Source: a virus (taxonomy: Duplodnaviria > Caudoviricetes). From it: a stretch of 64,000 nt of DNA. Numbering within the stretch: the first letter of the stretch is position 1; every line of letters begins with the position of its first letter. This document shows positions 48,754 to 58,802 of the stretch, in pieces. The DNA lies in IMG/VR virus record IMGVR_UViG_2574179762_000001, positions 1-64,000 of that record. The stretch is one strand, 5' to 3'. The translations under genes were made by a program, and so were the position numbers. The notes under the pieces are model-generated. The model was not told the origin of the DNA and did not search any database. It saw only the letters and a list, made by a program, of their open reading frames with translations.

Positions 48754-49050
48754 ATGAACGATTCAGCCAAAGAGATGATGCTGTATGACGCCCAAAAGAA
48801 GAGCGTCGGCGTCGCCTATGCACTGTGGTTCTTCTTGGGCATGTTTGGGGCCCACCGCTTCTATGCGGGGTCCAACGCGATTGGCTTCGGCCAAATGGCG
48901 CTCAGCATCCTTGGCTTCCTCGTCCCATGGGGCGTCGGCCTCTTCATTTTCGGTGCGGTCAGCATATGGGTGCTGATTGATGGGGTACTTCTTCCAGGTG
49001 TGATTCGAGACTACAACGTGCGACTGGCGAGTAGCCTGGGGAACGCTTGA
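48754..49050 (+). CDS. TM2-domain membrane protein
   Basis: KSVGVAYALWFFLGMFGAHRFY. Confidence 0.85.
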   Translation: MNDSAKEMMLYDAQKKSVGVAYALWFFLGMFGAHRFYAGSNAIGFGQMALSILGFLVPWGVGLFIFGAVSIWVLIDGVLLPGVIRDYNVRLASSLGNA

Positions 49051-49183
49051 GCTTCCGCAGCTGTGAAGCCATCGGCCTGGCGGCCGGATTGATATATGGC
49101 AGCGCAGTCGTGGCTCGGATCGAGTCGATCATCTAGAAGTGGCTTACATACCAACAACATAGTCCCATCAAGGGAGAGCACGG

Positions 49184-50089
49184 GTGACCCACGTATTCGG
49201 CGGTGAATGGACGGAACAAAAGCTCGTGGCCTTGAAGAAGTATCTGGAGGCCTATCGGAAGATTTTCACGATCAATGAAAAAGCCCGGTACTTCCGAACC
49301 GTCTATATTGATGCGTTTGCCGGTACCGGCGAGCGCAGCGACAAAGCGCCGGCTTCCGAGAAGCCAACCCTCTTTGACAACACCGACATAGATGCACCAC
49401 AGGCCACCGGCCTGCACAAAGGAAGCGCTCGCATTGCACTCGAGCTTGAGTCACCGTTCGATCAATACGTCTTCATCGACAAGAATCCCAAGCATACTGC
49501 TGGCTTGACGGAAATGATCGAGCATGATTTTCCGAACCTTAGGTCACGGTGCCGCATTCTCACAGGCGATGGCGTGGAGATTGTCCGCGAGCAATTGATA
49601 TATGGACATGACTGGAAGAGAACTCGGGCTGTGTTGTTCATCGACCCCTACGGAATGAACATCCACTGGGATCTGATCCAGCGCATCGCTGCCACGCAAG
49701 CAATCGATATGTGGCTCCTTTTCCCGCTTGGCCAAGGTATGAATCGGCTACTTAGTCGCGATCATCTTCCGAATCCAGGTCATAGCGCGAAGCTCACTGC
49801 AGTGCTCGGCACTGACGAATGGAAGACGCGGTTCTACAGTAGCCAAACACAGACGGATCTCTTTGGCATCGAGTCGGAGAGCAGCTTGAAAACTGCCACA
49901 TTCGAAAATATGGTGGAGTTCCTAAAAGAACGCCTTTCGAGTGTGTTTGCTGGCGTTGCATCCGACGTCATGATGTTGGAGAACTCGAAGGGTAGCCCAC
50001 TGTATGCCCTTTGCTTTGCAGCCGCGAACAAGGCTGGTGCTAAGACCGCCATTAGAATCGCTTCCGATCTCCTCCGAACGCGTCTATAG
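49184..50089 (+). CDS. tcmP: three-Cys-motif partner protein (methyltransferase-like)
   Basis: WTEQKL..L..YL, YIDAFAGTG, GSA..AL, FIDPYG. Confidence 0.85.
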   Translation: MTHVFGGEWTEQKLVALKKYLEAYRKIFTINEKARYFRTVYIDAFAGTGERSDKAPASEKPTLFDNTDIDAPQATGLHKGSARIALELESPFDQYVFIDKNPKHTAGLTEMIEHDFPNLRSRCRILTGDGVEIVREQLIYGHDWKRTRAVLFIDPYGMNIHWDLIQRIAATQAIDMWLLFPLGQGMNRLLSRDHLPNPGHSAKLTAVLGTDEWKTRFYSSQTQTDLFGIESESSLKTATFENMVEFLKERLSSVFAGVASDVMMLENSKGSPLYALCFAAANKAGAKTAIRIASDLLRTRL

Positions 50090-50091
50090 TA

Positions 50092-50107
50092 CTGTACGTT
50101 TAAACAG
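50092..50107. promoter_or_regulatory. LexA (SOS) box upstream of DUF5131
   Basis: CTGTACGTTTAAACAG within a longer palindrome 50089-50110, just after TATAGT. Confidence 0.75.
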
Positions 50108-50118
50108 TACCTCATACC

Positions 50119-50859
50119 ATGGCCACTACCACCACGATCGAATGGACTGATATGACGTGGAACCCGGTCACGGGCTGCATCAAGATCAGTCAAGGCTGCA
50201 AGCACTGCTATGCCGAACGGATGGCAAAGCGCCTTCATGCAATGGGTAGCGCGCGATACGAGAATGGCTTCGCCCCTACACTGCATCACGATCTCATTGA
50301 TACTCCCCGCCGCTGGAAGAAGCCGCGTGTTGTCTTTGTCAATTCGATGAGCGACCTGTTTCAGGAAGACGTGCCTCTCGATTTCATCCAAGCCGTCTTC
50401 AAGACCATGGTCGAATGCCCACAGCATACCTTTCAGGTCCTGACTAAGCGTGCAGACCGACTGGCGCAGGTCGCTGATCAGCTGCCTTGGCCTGCGAACG
50501 TGTGGATGGGCGTAAGTGTCGAAGATGATCGGGTAGTGCATCGGATCAAGGACCTTGCGTCCACGCCTGCCCAAGTCAAATTCCTCTCTTGTGAACCACT
50601 GATCGGACCTCTTGAAAAGCTGCCTCTCGCTGGGATCGACTGGGTCATTGTCGGCGGAGAGTCAGGGAAAGGCGCTCGCCCAATGGAAGAAGCGTGGGTT
50701 CAATCGATCCGCCGCCAATGTCGAGCTGCTCGTGTCGCCTTCTTCTTCAAGCAGTGGGGAGGTGTCCGGAAAGACCGAACGGGTCGCGAGTTGAACGGCA
50801 GAACATATGACGAGATGCCAAGAAAGCGCGGATCGTCACTGACCCAGCTAGCCGCGTAG
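50119..50859 (+). CDS. DUF5131 / phage Gp37-Gp68 radical-SAM-like protein
   Basis: [35 protein letters not shown]. Confidence 0.9.
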   Translation: MATTTTIEWTDMTWNPVTGCIKISQGCKHCYAERMAKRLHAMGSARYENGFAPTLHHDLIDTPRRWKKPRVVFVNSMSDLFQEDVPLDFIQAVFKTMVECPQHTFQVLTKRADRLAQVADQLPWPANVWMGVSVEDDRVVHRIKDLASTPAQVKFLSCEPLIGPLEKLPLAGIDWVIVGGESGKGARPMEEAWVQSIRRQCRAARVAFFFKQWGGVRKDRTGRELNGRTYDEMPRKRGSSLTQLAA

Positions 50860-50861
50860 TC

Positions 50862-50932
50862 AAAGCCCGCCACCCGGCGGGCTTTTTGTCGCCCGCACCA
50901 CACACCTGAGCCGCCCTTGTGGCGGCTTTTTT
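50862..50932 (+). terminator. two tandem intrinsic terminators
   Basis: AGCCCGCC...GGCGGGCT-TTTT and AGCCGCC...GGCGGCT-TTTTTT. Confidence 0.75.
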
Positions 50933-50950
50933 ACGCACGTTGCTATCAAC

Positions 50951-51027
50951 ACTAGCGAAGCTATTAAAACAATAAATGCAAAACAACTAGCGTAGCTATT
51001 GAATTAACAGACTAGCGTTGCTAGTAT
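50951..51027 (+). promoter_or_regulatory. OL-like operators and pL-like promoter
   Basis: ACTAGC-N3-GCTA at 50951, 50986, 51011; TTGAAT-17-TAGTAT. Confidence 0.75.
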
Positions 51028-51581
51028 TTCTCCATCAGCTCACCGATGGAGTCACAGATGTCCCGTCCCACCTAAGCCAGGATCTTCCGCCGCCAGCCGG
51101 CGCGCGCTGACCAGTCGCACACCGTCGTGCACGCCGCCGACCTGTTGGATGCTTGAGATGGACCGCAGATGCCAGCCAAGGAATCAGCGGCGCAGGTCCC
51201 GGTAGGCGTCCATGAACTCGAAGAAGTACTTGGACGCTGCAAGCAGGAAGGCGAGGAATTTGTTGATAGCAACCAGCACGGCGTTCTCTGCTGGCAACGG
51301 ACGAGTGAGAGCAATGACCACAAGCACCAACGAAACGAACCAAGACAGCGTCTTGATGAAGGCGGCCAAGTGGAAGCAGCGCCGTCTGACTGCGGCCTGG
51401 GTTGCTGCGCTGATTAACGCCGGGATCTTCGTTGCTTGCCAGAACCGGGCAATCCCCTCCTGGATCTTGGTCTTGATGGTCTTCATCAACGCCGCCCTCT
51501 GCTTGTCTGTGTTGTTCGATCTGCGCAGCAAAGCATAAACCAACCGCAATACACAACACACCACCCGGTGCGTGTCACAAG

Positions 51582-51800
51582 ATGGAGAGCGACATGGTTT
51601 CAGCGGTCAGGGAGCGCCACCGCTCCAAGGGCTCGGGCGGCATCCACATCCTCCGTGGCAAGGACCTGAAAGCCGTTGAGCAGCGGGCCCGCGCCATCGT
51701 CAGCGCGATAGATGCCATGCGCAGCCCCTCCATGGGCCTGCCGCGCATGGACACCGCCAGCGGCGATCACATCGTCGAAGTCCGGTACTACGGTCTTTGA
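51582..51800 (+). CDS. hypothetical early protein
   Basis: ORF in early operon ending VEVRYYGL. Confidence 0.5.
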   Translation: MESDMVSAVRERHRSKGSGGIHILRGKDLKAVEQRARAIVSAIDAMRSPSMGLPRMDTASGDHIVEVRYYGL

Positions 51801-51811
51801 GGGGGAACGTT

Positions 51812-52093
51812 ATGGCTACCACCGTCACGATCACCCACAACGGCACCTCCCTGCTGGTGTCCGGCAGCTACTGCCGCGGCTATGACGCCACGCTCGAGCA
51901 GCCTGGCGAGCCCGACGCCTTCTACGTGGACACCGTCACCGACAGCGACGTCGATGTCACGCACCTGCACGACCTGAAAGAGATCGCCGGCCTGGCGCTG
52001 GAAGCGCATCTGGACAACGAGGCGGCAGAGGCCTGCGAGGCGGCTGACCGTCAGCGAGAAGAGCGTCGCTTTGCCTTCGGGGTGGCGGTATGA
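51812..52093 (+). CDS. hypothetical acidic early protein
   Basis: GAGGGGG RBS; coupled to next gene. Confidence 0.6.
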   Translation: MATTVTITHNGTSLLVSGSYCRGYDATLEQPGEPDAFYVDTVTDSDVDVTHLHDLKEIAGLALEAHLDNEAAEACEAADRQREERRFAFGVAV

Positions 52094-52445
52094 AGCCAAC
52101 AATCACAAAGGGGCCCTGGCGCGTCGAGCCATTCATCGTCGACGGCAAAACCGTCTCCATTCAAGTGCGCGGCCCCGCCAGGGACGATAACGCGCGCGGC
52201 CTCATCCTGCCCCAGACCTCGTATGCATCCGACGAGCAGCAGCGGATTTGCTATGTCGAATCCGAGGCTCAAGCGCTGGTGAATGCGCGGGCAATGGCTG
52301 CGGTCCTGACCTACTTGCTGTCGCCATCGAGGTGGATCGCCTGCTGACCAAACAGAAGTGGATCGTCGACGGGTTGGACCCAGAGAGCCGGCTACTTGCT
52401 GCTGCACGAGCCGCCATCGCCCAAACCACCGGAGAGCAGCAATGA
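52090..52445 (+). pseudogene. hypothetical protein, frameshift near 52302
   Basis: TKGPWRV...NARAMAA then PDLLA in another frame. Confidence 0.6.
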
Positions 52446-52678
52446 CCGCAGAACAAGCGGCAATGCGCCAGGCCATGCGCGAAAACTTGCAGCGCGAACT
52501 GTTGCGCGAGCTCCAGCTGGCGCACCGGATCATCGTCAACGCCCTGGCAGTCATGACCCCCGCGCAGAAATCGGAGTGGGCCGCCAGAAACATCCTGAGC
52601 GGCAATGACAGCGAAGGCACCACCCGCGCCCACGAGCGCGCGGCAGTCATCGCCAAAGCCATTGGGAGCGCAACGTGA
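52442..52678 (+). CDS. hypothetical protein
   Basis: GGAG RBS; ATGA coupling. Confidence 0.6.
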   Translation: MTAEQAAMRQAMRENLQRELLRELQLAHRIIVNALAVMTPAQKSEWAARNILSGNDSEGTTRAHERAAVIAKAIGSAT

Positions 52679-52796
52679 CACAAGACAAGCTGCGCGAAGC
52701 CCAGACCCGAAGCCGCGCCCTCCTCTATTACGTGCTCGGCTTGTTCGCGGTCGTCGCCGCAGCGCACGAAATCACTCTCTATCTCGGAGGCTGAAC

Positions 52797-53024
52797 ATGA
52801 TCACCAAAAACACAGATCTGCGCCACGTCGTGACCGGCGTGAAGCTCTCCCGCATAGAGCGCATGGAAGCGCAGTTGCGTCACATGGTTGCGTCGAACCA
52901 TGCCCAGCGGCAGCAACGCAAGGCTGAGAACTCGCGCCGCGGCATCTCCCCGCGCGTCGCGATCGGGAGCGCGCACGTGCCCGCCGCAGTGGCCCGCGCC
53001 TTCGCGTACATCAAGGTGGCCTGA
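52797..53024 (+). CDS. hypothetical basic protein
   Basis: GGAGG RBS. Confidence 0.5.
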   Translation: MITKNTDLRHVVTGVKLSRIERMEAQLRHMVASNHAQRQQRKAENSRRGISPRVAIGSAHVPAAVARAFAYIKVA

Positions 53025-53050
53025 CAGCCCCGCCATTCAAAGAGGAATCC

Positions 53051-54301
53051 ATGGGAGCACCCGAAATCGAAGTTCTGGATCCGGCTCGGGCAGAGCCGGC
53101 CCTCGCCCTTGCGCTGTATGACCCCATCATGGCCGGCCTTGCCGAGCTGCGAGAGGCCGGCGCCGAGGCCTTTGACGTGGAATCGACGGCCGGCAACAAG
53201 GCCGCCCGCGAGTTCGTGCAGCGCTGCGTGGCCACCCGCACCGCAACGGATGAGGCCTACACGAACTGGAATCGCCCGATTCTGGACACGCAGAAACGGG
53301 TACGCGAGAAGCGCGACGAGATCCTGGCAGCCGTGAAGGAGATCGAGCAGCCGGTCAAGGATCAGATCGACGCCGAGCAGAAGCGCAAGGACGAGGAACG
53401 CATTGCTAAGGCCCGCGCCGAAAGCGCTCGTATTAGCGCGCATCAAGCCTGCCTGAACGCGATCGCCACCCTGCCGAAGGAATACCTGAGCGCTTCCGTC
53501 GCCGACGTGGCTGCTGCCATCCGCGATCTGGAATCGCCGGAATACCTTGGCCAGCGCAACTGGGAGGAATACGCTGACCAGACCAAGGGGACGGTCGATA
53601 CAGCCCTTTCCACCCTGCGCGTGCACCTGGAGAACGCCAAGGCACGCGAGGAGCTGGCGGCCATGAAGGCGAAGCAGGAAGCCGAAGCCGCGGCCCGCCG
53701 CGCCGAGGACGCCAAGGCAGAGGCTGAGCGCAAGCGCGTAGCCCGCATCAAGGAACGCATCCACGCGATCGAGACTTCCCCGTCGACCTGCATCGGTCTG
53801 GGCGTGAAGCAGATCCAGCAGCGGATCGCCGCGCTGGCCGCCGAAGCCGCCGACGACTTCGCCGAGTTTCAGGCCGAGGCCGGCGCCGCGATCGAAGCCG
53901 CGCTGGGCAATCTGAACGCCATGCTGGAAACCGCTCGCGATGCCGAGGAGCTGGCCCAGCTGCGCGCCGACAAGGCCCGCCGCGAGCGCGAAGAAGCCGA
54001 AACCGTCGCCCGCAAGGCACGCGAAGAGCAGGAAGCCAAGGAAGTCGCCGAGCGTGCCGAGCGTGAAACCGAGGCAAAGCGCCAGGCCGATGCCCGCGCC
54101 GCCGAGGAAAAGCGCCAGCGCGAGGAAGCCGCCGTCCGCCGCCGCGAGCAAGAGGCCGCTGCGGCCGCCGCCAAGCGCGTGCGCGAGCAGGCAGAAACGC
54201 TGCTGGCCCTACTGGTCGAAGCCCGCGCCCATGTGCCGGCCGGCGACCTGGCCGACCGCATCGACACCACCATCAACGCAGCCACCGGAGCCAAGCAATG
54301 A
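53051..54301 (+). CDS. coiled-coil protein (DUF1351-like position) upstream of recombination genes
   Basis: 416 aa Ala/Glu/Arg-rich; GAGGA RBS. Confidence 0.7.
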   Translation: MGAPEIEVLDPARAEPALALALYDPIMAGLAELREAGAEAFDVESTAGNKAAREFVQRCVATRTATDEAYTNWNRPILDTQKRVREKRDEILAAVKEIEQPVKDQIDAEQKRKDEERIAKARAESARISAHQACLNAIATLPKEYLSASVADVAAAIRDLESPEYLGQRNWEEYADQTKGTVDTALSTLRVHLENAKAREELAAMKAKQEAEAAARRAEDAKAEAERKRVARIKERIHAIETSPSTCIGLGVKQIQQRIAALAAEAADDFAEFQAEAGAAIEAALGNLNAMLETARDAEELAQLRADKARREREEAETVARKAREEQEAKEVAERAERETEAKRQADARAAEEKRQREEAAVRRREQEAAAAAAKRVREQAETLLALLVEARAHVPAGDLADRIDTTINAATGAKQ

Positions 54302-54957
54302 ACAGTCCGGAGCAATTCGCGACACAAGCCGTGCAGCAGATGGACGTGAATCTGATTTCGGGCCCGGCCCCGGAAAGCCTCGGCCAACTGTTCGAGGCGC
54401 TGGCGACCGCTCAAGGCGAGTTCCAGCCCATCGCGAAGAGCCGCACCGCGTACGTGCAGCCCGAAGACCCGAGAAAAGCACCGTACACGTTCGATTATGC
54501 CGACATGGAGGAGATCCGGAGCAAGACCACTCCGGCCCTGTCGAGGCACGCCTTGGCGCTCATGCAGATCGTCTCGGACAAGCCCGAAGGGGGCACGCAC
54601 ATCCGCACAATCATCGCTCACAAGTCCGCGGCCCGCATCGAGTCGTCGCTTAGTCTCGTTCGCGGCGATGCCGACCTCAAGAGCTTCGGGGCATCAATTA
54701 CGATCCTGCGTCGCTACATCGTGGCGGCCATGCTGAATGTTGCAGGCGAAGCGGACCTTGACGACAGCCCAGATCCCGACGCCGGTGTCGGCCTGTCACC
54801 CGTGGCGCCCGAAGTGCACACCGGCATGCGCGACGCGACGACCATCAGCGAGCTGAGCAAGCTCATGGGCGGGCTGGAGAAGTCGGAAAAGGCCAAGTAT
54901 CACGACTACTTCAACCAGCGCATGCAGGAACTGCGCGTGGCGCAGGAGGCGGCGTAA
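54298..54957 (+). CDS. ERF-family ssDNA annealing protein
   Basis: ALA.AQ.EF, YAD, GASIT..RRY, D.D. Confidence 0.85.
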   Translation: MNSPEQFATQAVQQMDVNLISGPAPESLGQLFEALATAQGEFQPIAKSRTAYVQPEDPRKAPYTFDYADMEEIRSKTTPALSRHALALMQIVSDKPEGGTHIRTIIAHKSAARIESSLSLVRGDADLKSFGASITILRRYIVAAMLNVAGEADLDDSPDPDAGVGLSPVAPEVHTGMRDATTISELSKLMGGLEKSEKAKYHDYFNQRMQELRVAQEAA

Positions 54958-55593
54958 ATGTTGATCGTGGAGTGCGAGCAAGGCAGTGATGCCTGGCTAC
55001 AGGCCCGCGCCGGGGTCAACACCGCCAGCAATTTCAAGATCGCCCGGTCCCGCAAGAAGGGCGGCGACTGGTCAGAGGACGCGCTGAACCTCGCATTCGG
55101 CACCGCAATCGAGCGGGAGAGCGGCTTCCCGCTGAACGAGGGGCACGAAACCTGGCAGATGCGCCGCGGCCGTGAAATGGAATCGGACGCGCGCATCGCA
55201 CACCAGGCCGACATCGGCGTCTACGTGAAGCCGGTTGGCATGGTGCTCACCGATGACCGCATCTTCGGCGCCAGCGCCGATGGCTGGATCGGCAACGACG
55301 GCGGCGCCGAATACAAGTGCCTCGTCTCGACCAAGGAACTGCGCACGACCCTGATCAACCACGACCTGCAGCAGTACATGGACCAGGTGCAGGGAAACAT
55401 GTGGCTGTCCGGCCGCGCCTGGTGGGACCTCGGGGTGTACTGCCCGGCCATGAAGGCGGCGACCGGCAAGGAATTCTTCCGCTGGCGCTTCAAGCGCGAC
55501 GACGACTACATCGACGCCATGGTGGCGGATCTGATGGAGTTCGAGAAGCTGGTGCAAAGCAATCTGGCCGAGCTGCGCAAGCTGGCCGCCTGA
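54958..55593 (+). CDS. YqaJ/lambda-exonuclease family
   Basis: QGS..W...R.G..TAS, GASADG, EYKC, Y.DQVQ. Confidence 0.88.
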   Translation: MLIVECEQGSDAWLQARAGVNTASNFKIARSRKKGGDWSEDALNLAFGTAIERESGFPLNEGHETWQMRRGREMESDARIAHQADIGVYVKPVGMVLTDDRIFGASADGWIGNDGGAEYKCLVSTKELRTTLINHDLQQYMDQVQGNMWLSGRAWWDLGVYCPAMKAATGKEFFRWRFKRDDDYIDAMVADLMEFEKLVQSNLAELRKLAA

Positions 55594-55613
55594 TCCACTC
55601 CGGAGAACAGAAT

Positions 55614-56762
55614 ATGTGGTTTCGCAATCTCACCCTCTACCGCCTCACAGACTTCCAACTGCGCGCCGAGGAACTGGCCGAGGCATTGGAAAAGCACGCA
55701 TACACCTCGTGCACGGATCTGGAAATGTCCTCGCAGGGTTGGATCTCGCCGCGCGACGGCGGCAGCCTCGTCCACAGCGTCAACGGCCAGATGCTGATCA
55801 CCTTGTGCATCGAGAAGAAGCTGTTGCCTGCCGCCGTGGTCAAGGAAGCTGCTCAGGAGCGCGCCGCGGAGATCGAAGAGCAGCAAGGCTACAAGCCCGG
55901 CCGCAAGCAGCTGCGCGAGATCAAGGACGCCGTCACTGACGAACTTCTGCCCAAGGCATTCAGCATCCGCACCAAGATTTCCGCATGGATCGATCCTGCC
56001 AATGGCTGGCTGGCGATCGATGCATCCAGCAGCGCGAAGGCTGATGCCCTCCTCGGCTACCTGTTCAAGTCCGTGGACGGGCTGGAATTGGTCGCCCTGC
56101 GAGTTAAGCATGCTCCGGTGGCCGCTATGACGGAATGGCTCGCCACGGATTCGGCCCCGGCCGGCTTCACGATCGACCAGGATGCGGAACTGCGCGCCAC
56201 TGGCGAGGGCCGCGCCACAGTGCGCTATGTGCAGCACACGCTGGAAGCGGAAGACGTGAGCCGCCACATCGCCGCCGGCAAGCGCTGCACCCATCTGGCC
56301 ATGACGTGGAACGACCGCGTCTCCTTCGTGCTGACCGACGGGCTGACGCTCAAGCGCGTTGCGGCGCTCGATGTCCTGAAGGAATCGGCCAGCCCGGCAG
56401 AGCAGACGGCAGACGAGGCTTTCGACGGCGACTTCCTGCTGATGGCCGGTGAACTCGCCCGCATGCTGGCTGACCTTATCGACGCACTGGGCGGCGAACA
56501 GGTGCCCGAGGCGCCAGACGACCTGGTATCCGCTGCCGAGGATGCGGTCTCGCCGGCGAGCGGGGAACCCGACCCGCTCTACCCGCAGGCCGTGGAGGTG
56601 GTTCAGAAAGCCAAGCGCTCCAGTATCTCGTTGGTCCAGCGGCACCTGCGGATTGGGTACAACCGCGCGGCGCGCCTACTCGAGCAGATGGAGGGCGGCC
56701 GGATCGTCTCAGCGATGGGGTCTGACGGCAGTCGCTCGGTTCTGGCGGGAGCGGCAGCATGA
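55614..56762 (+). CDS. rdgC: RdgC fused to FtsK-gamma domain
   Basis: [20 protein letters not shown]; C-terminal DPLY..A...[19 protein letters not shown]. Confidence 0.88.
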   Translation: MWFRNLTLYRLTDFQLRAEELAEALEKHAYTSCTDLEMSSQGWISPRDGGSLVHSVNGQMLITLCIEKKLLPAAVVKEAAQERAAEIEEQQGYKPGRKQLREIKDAVTDELLPKAFSIRTKISAWIDPANGWLAIDASSSAKADALLGYLFKSVDGLELVALRVKHAPVAAMTEWLATDSAPAGFTIDQDAELRATGEGRATVRYVQHTLEAEDVSRHIAAGKRCTHLAMTWNDRVSFVLTDGLTLKRVAALDVLKESASPAEQTADEAFDGDFLLMAGELARMLADLIDALGGEQVPEAPDDLVSAAEDAVSPASGEPDPLYPQAVEVVQKAKRSSISLVQRHLRIGYNRAARLLEQMEGGRIVSAMGSDGSRSVLAGAAA

Positions 56763-57460
56763 CGGCAAAGAACTGGATGGCTTGGACGCCAGAGGAAGAT
56801 GCGCTCCTGCGCAAGCACTGGGGCAACAAGGAATCCACAAAGCGCCTCGCCACGCGCTTCCCTGGCCGGTCCGCTGCAGCAGTTCTGAAGCATGGCTATG
56901 TCGCGTTGGGGCTCGGCCCGCGCAATTGCGGCCGCGAGAGCTTTTCCCCGGTCTGGGAGGGCGTCAAGGGCTTGCTGGTCGGCGGAAAGATGATGACGTC
57001 CAAAGAACTGGCCAAGGCGCTGAAGGTCACGCCGCACGCTGTGCAGGAGTGCATGCGCGATCGCCACGGTAAGGAAGTGCACGTCGGCGGCTATATCAAG
57101 GTGGCCGCGCACTCCCCGCGGGTCAACCGCTGGAAGCTGGGCCCGGGTCCGGATGCGCCCCAACCTCCGCGCAAGACCAAGAAGGAGGTCAACCGCGAAT
57201 ATTCCCGCCGCATGAGCAAAGACCCCGAGTATTGCGCGCGGCAGAACCTACTGGCCCGGCCGCGCTACGCCGAAAAGATGGGAAAGCTGATCCGCCCGGA
57301 CGCGGCCGTTCAGTGGATGCAGCAGGCGCCACAGCACGACGAGCAACCGATCAAGATGGGGATCGCCCGCCAAGGTGAATGCCATCCGCGCGCCGCGTTC
57401 TTCCCTATCGCCGGCAAGGGCTTGCTCAGTCGCACCACACCAAACCACACGACACCATGA
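56759..57460 (+). CDS. hypothetical DNA-binding protein; C-terminus possibly chimeric
   Basis: Myb-like [10 protein letters not shown] start and an HTH segment. Confidence 0.55.
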   Translation: MTAKNWMAWTPEEDALLRKHWGNKESTKRLATRFPGRSAAAVLKHGYVALGLGPRNCGRESFSPVWEGVKGLLVGGKMMTSKELAKALKVTPHAVQECMRDRHGKEVHVGGYIKVAAHSPRVNRWKLGPGPDAPQPPRKTKKEVNREYSRRMSKDPEYCARQNLLARPRYAEKMGKLIRPDAAVQWMQQAPQHDEQPIKMGIARQGECHPRAAFFPIAGKGLLSRTTPNHTTP

Positions 57461-57584
57461 CCTGCAATGCCGCCCTATTGTGACTGCCGCCGTGTCCATC
57501 GTTCACCTGGCAATCGGCATCTATGCGCAGTACCGCCTGACGCTACGGATGGCAGATTTTGACAAAAAAGAAGGGAACCGAGGA

Positions 57585-57617
57585 ATGATCCGCGACCAGT
57601 TTCTGCTCCAAATCGCA
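57585..57617 (+). pseudogene. N-terminal stump of a second C5 methyltransferase-like gene
   Basis: GAGGA RBS + MIRDQFLLQIA, similar to MIRDQLLLDIA at 45739. Confidence 0.45.
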
Positions 57618-57637
57618 ATGATAAGGACGCGGCATCC

Positions 57638-58303
57638 CTATCTTTTCAAGGGAACGAGATGGAGAAGTCCCTCCAATGACCACCCTCCCCAAGCCATTGT
57701 GTGCGATAGCAAAACCATCCAGAAAACTGCGAGTGCAGCACTGACGTATATGGGAATCCGGCTAACGGAAGGCTTCCAGAGAATCAGCTTGGAAGTAGCT
57801 TGCTCGATCCAGCCACGGCTGGCATTTACCCCAAGGTCCTCCGCCACCCAACTTCTTATTTGGTCTGGACCCATCGTGAGTGGATCGTTGACCCTCGCTC
57901 CAGTCTTGTTGACGTCGTCTAGCGCTTTCTGTTCGGCAGCGGTTAGGAAGTTTGTGTCTGATGAAAAGACCTGGAAGACCTTCTTATGGTCCTTCAGATC
58001 GTCCAACAACCATACCTCGAGTTGTCGAGCGGCGCGCTCCCAACGCATTTGCCAGAACTTCGCCCCGGCTGCCATAAGCATTTGCCAAATCGATACCGCC
58101 AAGCCAAGTCCGCAAATGGCAAAGGTAAGGATTGGTGCAGCTTGCCCACTCGACTGCACAAGCCCAGCGATTATTACGCCCTGGAAAATCATAAAGAAAT
58201 TGTTTCGCTGCGTCAGTTGCGAGATCTCGAAATCTCGTTGGCGTAGCGTCAATTCGAACGCGGACGCGATATTCCCGGCTGGTGAGTCTTTTGGATCAGG
58301 CAT
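57638..58303 (-). CDS. RipA-like membrane protein, candidate anti-phage moron
   Basis: R.FEI.QL.QRNNFF, two TMs, KFWQ..WE, C-terminal SVSRIP + TM; GGAGG RBS. Confidence 0.65.
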   Translation of the reverse strand: MPDPKDSPAGNIASAFELTLRQRDFEISQLTQRNNFFMIFQGVIIAGLVQSSGQAAPILTFAICGLGLAVSIWQMLMAAGAKFWQMRWERAARQLEVWLLDDLKDHKKVFQVFSSDTNFLTAAEQKALDDVNKTGARVNDPLTMGPDQIRSWVAEDLGVNASRGWIEQATSKLILWKPSVSRIPIYVSAALAVFWMVLLSHTMAWGGWSLEGLLHLVPLKR

Positions 58304-58335
58304 GTTGTCTATTCCTCCTTCGTCGAGATCCTAGC

Positions 58336-58488
58336 ATGAGCCTCATCAACGTCATCTCCCTCTCTGGTGGCAAGGTCAGCACGGCCATGGCGATCTTCGC
58401 GCTTGAGGAACATGGCCGAGATGCCTGCCGCTTCGTCTTTGCCGACACCGGCAACGAGCACGAGGCCAGCCGGAGAGTAAGACATTAG
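58336..58488 (+). pseudogene. PAPS-reductase-like N-terminal stump
   Basis: SLSGGKVS, VFADTGNEH, then early stop. Confidence 0.7.
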
Positions 58489-58562
58489 CGGGTGTGCGAC
58501 ATAACAACAGATGCAGAACACTATTAACCGGGTTATAGCTATCACCCGCCATACCTGGCGGA

Positions 58563-58802
58563 TTGGAGTACGGGGTGAGCGACTTCCTATCAACGGCGCA
58601 ACTGGCCGACCTGGTCGGATGCAAGCAGAACCAGCGTCACGAAATGGTCAAATGGCTGGACCGGGAGCGTTGGCGCTACGTCATGGACAAGAACGGCCTA
58701 CCCAAGGTCGCCAAGGCGTACTACAAGCGAAAACTCGGGATCGAGGATTCGAAGGGGCAAGCGAAGTATGACGACGCGCCGAACCTCGCAGCGTTTGCGT
58801 AA
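58563..58802 (+). CDS. DUF4224-type excisionase-like protein
   Basis: FLS..QLADLVG...GLPKV; overlaps int. Confidence 0.75.
   Translation: MEYGVSDFLSTAQLADLVGCKQNQRHEMVKWLDRERWRYVMDKNGLPKVAKAYYKRKLGIEDSKGQAKYDDAPNLAAFA

Noticed and set aside
51184-51564. Membrane protein gene downstream of pL
   Set aside because: Overlapping ORFs on both strands (51184-51564 minus, 51212-51538 plus) are equally plausible; I could not choose.
41347-52445. Programmed ribosomal frameshifts at 41498, 44608 and 52302
   Set aside because: No slippery heptamers; the indels are in short G/C or CG runs, consistent with decay or sequencing error.
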